DNA of 64,000 nt from Felis catus (Eukaryota), in contig NC_058368.1 in the NCBI RefSeq assembly GCF_018350175.1, positions 82,772,001-82,836,000 of the forward strand, written 5' to 3'. The position numbers and the translations under genes were made by a program. The notes under the pieces were generated by a model. The model saw nothing but the letters and a program-made list of their open reading frames with translations, was not told the origin of the DNA and ran no database searches. Of this stretch, positions 26,990 through 37,372 are shown one piece after another (the first letter of the stretch is position 1; each line of letters begins with the position of its first letter).

Positions 26990-28220
26990 GTAATTGTCAG
27001 GAACACTTAGCCAAACGTGCTCTGGTCCCTAATTTCCCGCCGACTGGCTACTGGGAGAGGCCTTTCGACCCCTTGCCGTCCCAGACCTACCCGGGCTGCC
27101 AGGGCCCACCTCGGCTTTACGTCCCGCGGCACTACCAGGTTGAGTCCCCTGGGACAGAAGGATGCCATGCTGGACGTGGAGCACCATGGGTTGGGGGAGC
27201 GGAGGGAGGGAGAAGGGGCGGTGTCGTCCCAGTTCTCGCGAGGTTTCGCCCTGGGAGGGAGGCAGAGACGGTTCCGCGGCGGGTGCGAGATGCGCTCAGA
27301 GAAGGAGGGGGCCGGAGGCCCAGGGGCTGCCGTTGCTGCGCGGGGCCCGAGCGGGAGGGAGAAGCCGTCGGCCGTGGAAGTCCAGTTCCGCCGGGAGTCG
27401 CCGCGGCGAGAACCCGAGGCGCCACCAGCCTCGTTCTTCGTTTGCGGGGACGGCATTTGCAAACATCGCGAGGAGAAGAAAACGGTCCTGAGCAAGGTGG
27501 GGAAGGGGCGGGACAGATAAGCCTCGCGAGAGGAGGAAGGTCTTCAACAGGAGAGGCGAGGTCGTCCTGCAAACCTCGCGAGGAGAAGAGGGATGCTCTT
27601 CAGCGTGGCGGGGGTGGGGCCAATGGTTGGGGGGCGGGGTCTCGAGGGGTGGGGCTAAGAAAGGTGGGTGGGCGGAGGCGAGGGGCTGCGGGAACGGGGT
27701 TGGGCAGGCGAACCTCGCGAGAAGAGGGATGGTCTGAGCGAAGACGGGGCGGGCTCAGGGTTTGGAGTGCTGGGAGGAGGTGATGCCACGCACGGCGTGT
27801 TCTGGGAGCGCGGGTCGGGGCTGGGCCAGCCGCTTCAGCACCGCGGACAGCGGCTGGGGGAGGCGGGGACGACGTGCAGCTGGAACCGTTTCCCGTTACG
27901 CCAAACGCGGCCTTTTCTGGTATGGAAGGAGGAAGAAGAGTGCGTTCAGCCTGTGTTGTTTCTGATTGGGGCTGCCACGCTGAGATGCTGGGCCACGGGG
28001 AGGCTCTGTCCTCGGCCCGGGCGATGCGAGGGGGCGGCTCGGCGAGGGTCCGGTCCTGTCCAGGGAGGGCGGCGGGAGGATACTGCGGGCAGGGGCGACA
28101 AGTGCGCATCGCAGGCGGAGGTCCCTTGGCAGGAAGAACAGGTGCACTGCCGGGCTGTTAGAATTGCTGTTGCTCTGCGTGCAGGGAGAATGTAGGCGGA
28201 GGTTTTATTTTTCAACTCGG
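26990..28220. promoter_or_regulatory. CpG-island promoter of UPF3A, probably bidirectional
   Basis: Abrupt GC/CpG-rich block spanning exon 1; GC boxes (GGGGCGG), CCAAT at about 27619, and five TCGCGA motifs. Confidence 0.9.
27290..27496 (+). CDS. UPF3A: UPF3A exon 1 (coding part, 69 codons)
   Basis: ATG CGC TCA GAG ... AGCAAG|gtgggg; MRSEKEGAGG...EEKKTVLSK. Confidence 0.94.
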
Positions 28221-31200
28221 GCATGGACAGTAAGCGTCATGCCAAGAGTTGTCTGGTTTCCTGAAAAGGAGCTGCTTTATGCACCCCTTTTTCTGACCTT
28301 ACTGATTCCGTTTAGATTAGTCAGCCCTCATTACCCTTTTGACAGCCATGTTCTCCATGCATGTATTTCTTAGCTTTTCCTAAAATGGGTGTTTCTGCTG
28401 GACTCCTGGTTGAGATCTCCTTCTGAACCAAAACACAGGTGACATTCAAATTATTGAGGCAATGATAGTGAAACAAAACCCACCCAGAGTCCTTTCTACA
28501 GGTGGTCATCCGGCGGCTTCCTCCCAGCCTCACCAAGGAACAGCTGGAAGAGCAGCTACACCCACTGCCGGCACATGATTACTTTGAGTTCTTTACTGCC
28601 GATTTCAGGTGAGAAGCTGCTTACCAACATTAAGAAGCTGGGAGGCCTTGTCACTTGATGAGAGATTAAGATTATTATAGATGATGAAAGCTATGTTTAT
28701 TTCCATCTTCTTTCTTACATGTACTCAGAAATCAGTGCAGACCTTTATTTCTGCAAATTGTTTCCAAGTAGGCAGATCATTACATTCTACTAGCACCACC
28801 ATAGTCTAAAGAGAACAAACACCAGAGACAGAAACAATATTCCAGCCCCCAGAAACCGACTTGTGCTCCCTTAAATCACTAAGACCCCTGTCCCCACCTC
28901 ACACCTGCCAGGTTATATCTTTTTTGATTCTCTTTTACTTCTTGGTAGTAAGGTGGCTCTGACAACACTTTCACACCTCCAGATCTTTTTTTTTTTCAAC
29001 GTTTATTTATTTTTGGGACAGAGAGAGACAGAGCATGAACGGGGGAGGGGCAGAGAGAGAGGGAGACACAGAATCGGAAACAGGCTCCAGGCTCTGAGCC
29101 ATCAGCCCAGAGCCTGACGCAGGGCTTGAACTCACGGACCGCGAGATCGTGACCTGGCTGAAGTCGGAGGCTTAACCGACTGCGCCACCCAGGCGCCCCC
29201 AGATCTTCTTTTTATTAACAATGAAAGAGCAGACCTCATGTGAGACCTTCAACGGGTGATAGTTCAGCTAGAATTTTGTGATTTTTCACTGTTTTTATTA
29301 TTACCTTTATCATTATTATCCTTTTTATCTTCAGTGTCATGAGTGTCATGAGTTTGTTATGGTAGCCATATAAACTTTCCTTCTGAATAAATACATTTAA
29401 GTTAAAAATGCCAGTCCATTCAAAGAAAAATATCACAGGTAAATATAGATTTGGTTTTAAAAAAATAGATGATTTTCAAATGACTAACGTTTAAGAAAAC
29501 TGGTACCATTAAAGGACAGGCACCGGACTCAGAGTGACTCAGGTTGAATCATAGTCCTATCTTTAACTAGCTGCACCTTTTGCACATACTGAATTTCTCT
29601 GGGCCTCAGTGTTCATGTCTGTGAAATGGGGTTGAAAGTTCCTGCCTATGAAGGAAATTGGTAGTTGTGAGATCAAGGAGAAAGAGTTAGTTCTTCTATA
29701 GTCCCCATACCATGTGCTACAATTAATATCCCTTTAAAATACGTAAAAGTGGCCATCAGTGAAGAATATCTTGTAAATATAACGTTTTCAACTGTGAATG
29801 AATCATGATTAGGTTGTATTACATCATTGTATGTACTAAGGAAAACCTTTAAATAACTTTGCCTGTGATTTTTCAACCTCGGAAGACCATTATTTTAACC
29901 CTGGTTTTGTGTAATAGAGAAACTTACCTTAAGTGTCTTTCCCAAGTTATTAAAAAGATCTCGGGTAATGTTTTGTTTATTTTTGTTTTTTTGTTTTTTT
30001 TTGCTAAAGAATACCCATATTATTGTAATTAAAAGAGAAGTGATTCTTTGGCATAAAGGTTTTATTTGAAATAGTTTGTTGCATCTAGAAAAGGAAAAGA
30101 AAATCAAAATTAAAGAAGCCTTGCATTTTTTTGCTAACAGTTTTCACTGTTATCTTTTATTTCAGTCTTTATCCTCATCTCTACTCAAGAGCATACATTA
30201 ATTTTAGAAATCCTGATGACATCCTTCTTTTTAGAGATCGTTTTGATGGATATATCTTCATTGACAGTAAAGGTTCGATTGTTGGCTTTTTAAACTATTA
30301 TAATCTCTAACTACATTAATTATGTTTTGCTGGAATGTTTGTGAACTGTAATTAAGTTCTCAGATACCGACTTAAAATAAGTTCATAAATTTTTATTGTG
30401 TTACTGTGGTTATGTGCTTGTGTTGAAAATTGAAATTATGTGTAAACCAAAGAACTCCAAGTCTTTGTAATCTATTTATGTATTATCAGAGAGTGAAGTT
30501 TTTCATATAAATGAGTTTCCTGGATAAGTGAGCTTCACTTTCTTATGTACCAAAACTGAATTGCTTTGTTCATATTCAATATAAGTCTTTTAAATTATAT
30601 TATTTACTTATATCTATGTCTTAAACAGAGAACTTTTTATAATCATACATTTCTGGATTATGTCATGGGGGAAGGGGATTGTAGTAACGAACATCACTTT
30701 CTCACTGTTGAACAGCTGCCCGCTGAGACAGCTCTGTACTTTTGGGTCCTCCCTTTGTCCTCCTTTCCTGTCAGACTGTCAACTGTTGTGTCCACTGCAA
30801 TCAAGTCTGTACACCTGTATCAACATATTCTCTGTACACCTTTCACCAGCCAGCCTCCTCCCACTTTACCCACCACACTACTGATAAGTGTTTTCTTCTC
30901 CACTGAGAGGGAGCAAGAAACCCTCAAAGAGTGACTAGGTCAAGAGATTCTTTTCTTTGAGCAAAAACAAATTTAGTGCTTGAACTATTTGACATTTGTG
31001 TTAAATGCTTGTTTATTCAAGTGCCTTTTTCCTTTAGTTTTTAAAAAGTTATGGTAAGATACACAAAACTAGATTTACCATCTTAGTCTTTCCTGAGTGC
31101 ATAGTTCAGTAGTGTTAAGTACATTCACACTGTTGTGCAGCCCACTTCCAGAACTCTTTTCACCTTGTAAAACAAAAACTCTGTACCTGTTAGATAACTC

Positions 31201-32381
31201 CCCTCTCCTCCCCCACCCCCAGCCCCTGGCATCCACCTTTCTGTGTTTTGTTTCTATGAATTTACTACTCTGGATACCTCCTAAAAGTGGAATCTTACAG
31301 TATTTCTCTGTTTGTGCCTGGCTTACTTCATGTAGCCTGGTGTCCTCAGTGTTCACCCATGTTGTAGCAGGTGTCAGAATTTCCTTTTTAAGGCTGAGTA
31401 ATATTTGGCTGTGTGTGTACCACATTTTGTTTATCCATTTTTCAGTGGACCCTTGGGTTGCTTCCAGCTCTTTGTTGTGAACAGTGCTGCTGTGAACATG
31501 GTGTGCAAGTATCTCTTAGACACCCAGCTTTCAGTTTTTTTGGGTGGATACCATTGTGGGATTGTTAGATCATATTATAATTATAGTATTAATTTTTTGA
31601 GGAACTGCCCTACTGTTTTCTGTAGAGGCTGCTTCATTTTCTCTTCCTGCTGATAGTGCACAGGGTTCCAGTTTTTCCATATCCTTGCCAGCAATTGTTG
31701 TTTTCTGGGGTTTTTTAGTAACAGACATCCTAGTGGGTATGAGGCAGTATCTCATTGTGATTTTGATTTGCATTTCCCTAATGCTTAGTGATGTCGGCAT
31801 CTTTTTGTGTGTTTGCTGATGTCTTCTTTGGAGGAAGAGAAATGGAGGGATGTTCAATTTCTTCGCCCATTTTTAAATTGAGTTGTTTCTTGTTAAATTG
31901 TAAAATTTTTGTTAATATATTATAGATCTTAACCCCTCATTGGATATATGATTTTTTTTCCCATTCCATAGGTAGTCTTTGTATTCTGTTGATGTTTCAG
32001 TGCTTGCTTTGGCAGCACATATACCGTATTCTGTTGATGTTTCTAATGTGATGTCCAATTTTTCTTTTTTTATTTTAGTTGCCTGTACTTTTGGTGTCAT
32101 ATCTAAGAAGTCATTGCCAAATCTAATGTCAAGCTTTTACTCCCATGTTTTCTGCCAAGGGTTTTATAGTTTTAAGTGTCATGTTTAGGTCTTTGATCCA
32201 TTTTCAGCTAACTTTTGTCTGTGATACTAGGTAAGAGTTCAACTTCATTCTTTTGCATGTGGTTATCCAGTTTTTCCAGCACTATTTGTTAAAGAAGATC
32301 GTCATTTCCCCATTGAATGTCATCTTCCCAATTTCCCCATTAGAGAGAGAGCATGTGTGAGTGAGGAAGAGGGGCAGGAAG

Positions 32382-32443
<62 letters not shown>

Positions 32444-35400
32444 ATGAGAATGAGAGAATGAGAGAATGAGAGAATGAGAATCTGGAGCAGGCTCCATGCT
32501 CAACAGAGCCCAAGGTGGGGCTTGATTCCACAACTCTGGAATCATGACCTGAGCCAAAATCAAGAGTCAGATGCTCACTGACTGAGCCACTCAGGTGCCC
32601 CAATACCATACTGTTTTGATTACTGTAGGTTTGTAATAAGCTTTGAAATCAGAAAGTGTGTCAACTCCTATTTAATAACTATCTATGTCCCAGGCATTGT
32701 TGATGGAGCAGTGAATGAGACATTGTTCCTCTCTGTCCAAAGCCCTGCTCTCCTCCTGGTTCTTGACTTTCTCCTGGATAGTTAGGGTTAGCATCAAAAT
32801 ATCTTTCAGATAATAAGAGTTGCAATATCATAGTCACGTGACCATTCCTGACGAGGCTGAAGGTGATTACTCAGTGAATTTAGTACCAACATGAAAGTGT
32901 TCCATCTGTTGATTAAGTGTATAGCAGGTTATCTTGGTGAACATTTCTTGGTATGTTCCCCCCCCCCCCCCCCCCCGCACATAATGACCAAGTCAGTTTC
33001 TCATGGCTTTCATTGTAAACATTCCTGTTTGAAGCAAACCCTGTCTGATTATTGTGCACACCCTTCGAAGCCCCTCTTTTAGACAAGTGTCTCTTGTAAG
33101 CAGAGTAATTCCCTTGAACTCACATAACAGATTGATAATGGAATTAACCTTTTAAAATCAGAAGAAATTTAAATGTGACTAAGAAATGTATTTAAAGGTA
33201 CTCCACGATAAACTCTTCAGTGGGAAAGAGAGGGTTTATTAACATTGAGTTAATGTAAAATTCACCATTTGATGAATTTTGAATGCATTCAGTTTTGTAA
33301 CCACTACTAACACATGAAAAATCATTTTATTTGATAAATAAATGCTCGTCCTTTGTTCATGTCGGGAGTTTGACATGCTAAGGTTGTGGTTGCTCGAAAT
33401 ATAGTTAAAACAGTTAGCATTGTCATTGTTATACGCGGTCTTTAAGAAAGCAAACGTTATTTATTAAAATGAATGTAGTGGAATTTCAGAATGGCTTTTG
33501 CAATTTGTTTCTAATACAGGCCTAGAATATCCTGCAGTGGTAGAGTTTGCCCCATTCCAGAAGATAGCCAAAAAGAAGCTAAAGAAAAAAGATGCCAAAA
33601 CCGGAAGCATTGAAGATGGTGAGTCCTTTTACAAAGGCTGAATTAGGAAACTGCCAAATCAAATACACTGATCAGATATAATTCGTCTACCAGATATGGG
33701 GAGGAGCATGTTTATTTTCCATTTTTCTTTTTAAATTTACAGATCCGGAATACAAGAAGTTTTTGGAAACTTACTGTGTGGAGGAAGAGAAAACGAATGC
33801 CAATCCTGAAACTCTTCTGGGAGACATGGAGGCAAAGACAAGAGAGCTTATTGGTCTGTTTGCTCATTTCTTCTCTTTGTTGAGACGTGTACTTACAAAG
33901 CTTGTATTTCTTTTTCATGAGTATTTAAAAATACACGCTCATGACAGGCTTGGCAGGAATGTAGAATGTTTTCCAGTTGTAACAAAAGGATGGCAACCCG
34001 TGAAAATATTTCTGCGTGTCTGTTGATGGAGAGCACCAGAACTTCCAGTCATAGGCGTTTTGTTGACAGTTATGATGCTTCCAGACGAGCAGTAAAGAAG
34101 ACCGTGGAGTGCTCTGTGCCTGCTACATCAGGGAAGGAGTGCTGTGTCTCAAGATTGAAATCAGTCATCTTTCTCAAGAGCAGTCCTAGAGATGAGATGC
34201 TTTGCCCAAGTGTGAGGCCATGTTGTTACTGTTCAGAAAATACCAAGCACTCTGAGAGAGCAAGCAGACAAGTGGATAAACCCAGCCGGAGCACAGAGTC
34301 TGCTTTGAATCAGGCTTCAGCCCTTTTTTGCAAGCAGTATATTTTAGAAATGGCTATCTCCTGGTGGCAGGTTGTAAACTTACCTGGTGTCTCCCTTGCT
34401 GTCTGCTCCCACTCGCCCCTGCTCTCCTATCCCTCCCTGTGGCTGTGTCCCACTTGCCCATCAAGATGTCTAGAACGGGATGATTGCCCTGTTAATAATT
34501 TACATTTTTATTTACCCATCTCTCCCCACCCTTCCCCCCCAGTAGAACCGTATTTTCATATTGGTGGTCCCAGTAGTACATGGTTAGACAAGGTTAGGTA
34601 TTCAGTAAATGTTTGTTGAGGTAAGTAGTAAGAGAGGTTAACATTTGAAATGGTCATTAGTCAAGTAATGAAGGTTTATGTTTTGTAACAGCTGATTTAA
34701 TGTGTGGCTCAAAAGATTTTTAATCACTAAAGCAAATATTTGTAAAGATGTGCTTAGGGTACATTTGCTCATTTTTGGTTAGCACATGTTGACTGGGAGT
34801 AGGGAGTGAGCATGGCCACGGCCATCACGTAGCTGCCCTGCTCATGGGCAAGACTGCAGTAAACACCCGAAAAATAACCAGGCTTCAAGCCAGGGCATCT
34901 TCATGGGGCAGTGCCACAATGTGGTGAAATAATCCTGAGTGGGAAAGGCCCTCTGAGTCCACATTTGAGCTGAGAGCAGCCATGCTAAGAGGCGGGAGAA
35001 GAGGGGACTAGAGATGAGAGCTGGGAGCTGAGCTGCGGGCCCATAGGAGTGGGATACGTGCCTGTGTGCTTGGTACACAGGTGGGCCTCAGGCGGAGTGG
35101 CTGGAGAGGCAGGTGAGTGAGAAGTTCGGAGTTTATTGGAGAGACAGCTGGAGACCATTGAGGGAGTGGCGTGGCTTGATTAGTTCTCCCTGTCGCTCCA
35201 TACATGATGGATTGTGGATGCCCTGAGGAGACATTGGGCTTCCAGTGGGGAGGCTTTGCTCCAGTCCAGGGAGGGCTGCTTGTGCTAGCCAGCAGAGTCC
35301 ACATAAGCTCTGGCGGATTGGGTGTGGGAAGAAAGGAAACAGAAAGAATCCAGGCCCCCAGGAGTTTTACCCAAACAGATCAGTGGATGGGAGCACCATC

Positions 35401-37327
35401 ACTGACCTGGGGCAAACTGGGGAAGGAAACTTACTGGAGGCAAATCGAGATCTCACTGTAGAGCATGTTAAATTTAGGAAGAGCTTAGAAAAGAAGCAAA
35501 TTAAAAATTTACAGGACTTGCCCTGCCCCCCACCCCCCCACTATCATTTCTTTCCTACTTTGCTATAAAAGCCCTTGTACAGGGTACCCACAGAAAAGGA
35601 CCAGGAGCTTCCACTGGTGGATAGTTTTGAGGCAGGCCTTGGTGGCCAGACACACACCACCCAGCTGCTCCAGCTACCCTCCCACACAAGGGGGACATCC
35701 TTTCCCATTCCCAGCCCCTCACCTTGTTCCTGGTGCACAGTAGGTGATCATAGTGTTTTGCTGAATGAGTAAGTGTGATTCAGAATCTGTGCCCATTGAA
35801 GTTTGGATCTTAATCAGGCAATTCATGGCAGATTACCTTTTTCTTTTCTTCGATTTTGGCCTTCAGTGGACTCTTATGATCTAGTCTGAGCAATGAGGGT
35901 TAAATGGAAATATTAAATCCCTCTGAAGTTCCAGGTTAGTGTGGTGGCACTAGGGTCTGTGGAGTGGACAGACCTGGGCTCAGGTTCCAGCCCTAAGACT
36001 TAGCAGCTGTGTGGCCACACCTGAGCCTCAGCATCCCTGCTGCCAGGTGGTGGTGACAGTGCCTAGGATGGAACAGCTCTCTGTGAGTGGTGAGAGTCAT
36101 GCTGTTGGATAAGTTAGTGTTATATTACATGGCCATGCACCTTGTTTAACAAATGATACATTTCTGTGGTTTGTAAAGCACTTTCTTATCCAGGGTCTCA
36201 TGTACCCTTCATATCGATCCTTTGGGGTAACAAGGGAGGTGTTTGTAGAAGGGGGAAGGCAGGTGGGATCTCGGTGTTAGCTCCCCCACCCTCCCAGGGA
36301 GATCTTGGTCCTGCTCTTTGCTGACAAGTCCAGAACTCCCATGGTGAAGAGCAGATCCTCCCTATTTGAGGTGATTGCCTATTACAAAGGGCATTGGCTG
36401 TGCTCATCCTGAGCCAGAGTTCATGGTTAACACAGGAGCCACCCAGGGAGGAAATGGGCTCCTCTTGGCCCCTGTACTTATGATGAAACGTGGGCATTTG
36501 CACAGCCCTGAATCCAGGGCAGAGCTTTCTTGGCAGAAGCCATTGGTATATTATGTTGTGGTGTTCAGGAGTCCTTAATTCCAAGGTAAGAACCCCTGCC
36601 CAGGGGCTTTCTTGTAGAATTTATGATTAATTCCTGATCCTTAGAATTCTGGAAATGTATGTCTTGGCCAGCCTTCAAGTACGTCCAGGGATTCTTTCTT
36701 CCCTCACTTAATCTTAGATCTTGAAAGAGCTGTAGTATAGACCCAAACCATCTTCTGCCTTCCCACCTGCATCCACAGCCACTGCCATAGGGAACACATG
36801 CTTCTCAGAAGCAATCCCTTTGAGAGGCTATGCCAGGAGGCCTGCCACAAATGGGCACCAAATTTCAGGTTAGGTCAGACAGGTCCAGGGCATGAAAACT
36901 GAGGATCAGGTTTGAGTTTATGGAGAGGTTCATTCCTGGGTGGCTAGTGCTGCTTAGATAAAGTGCCATGGGGGGGGGGGGGGGTGGGGGGGGCGGGGGC
37001 AGTGTCACTGTCTAAACTTTTACACCTGGTTATTCTGGTTTGTAGAGTGTATATCATGAGAAATCACAAGAATCCACATTGCTTAAAATCATTGTCTAGA
37101 GAGCAGAAAAGGAAGAAACTCCCAGAATATATGTTGAATCAGTGAATCTATAAGCGGGCTATGTAATGTTTTAAAATATCCGCAAAAATGCGAAGATACT
37201 TGGGTGCCTGCGTGGCTCAGTCAGTTAAGCGTCTGATTCTTGATTTTGGCTCAAGTCATGATCTCACGGTTTGTGAGTTTGAGCCCTGTGTTGGGCTCTA
37301 TGCTGACAGCATGGAGCCTGCTTGGGA

Positions 37328-37372
<45 letters not shown>

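Larger units (their letters stand above)
23536..27168 (-). other. Candidate spliced transcript divergent from the UPF3A promoter (lncRNA, small-ORF gene or decayed gene)
   Basis: Exon-like segments 27168-27091, 26314-26250, 24505-24392 and 23661-23536 have strong splice signals; the first three are phase-compatible. Confidence 0.45.
31030..32665 (-). mobile_element. L1 3' portion in UPF3A intron 3; hosts the U6 fragment and a SINE
   Basis: Antisense ORFs 31075-31425 and 31570-31857 (SLSIREMQIKITMRY) match the L1 ORF2 C-terminus and 3' UTR. Confidence 0.88.

Noticed and set aside
27007..28224. Many long overlapping ORFs on both strands
   Set aside because: Expected from stop-codon scarcity in a CpG island; only UPF3A exon 1 and possibly the short antisense first exon have splice support.
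33966..34619. 217-aa ORF in UPF3A intron 5
   Set aside because: No recognisable domain, Ser/Cys/Pro-rich composition, and the 3' part runs into old repeat-like sequence; no splice support.
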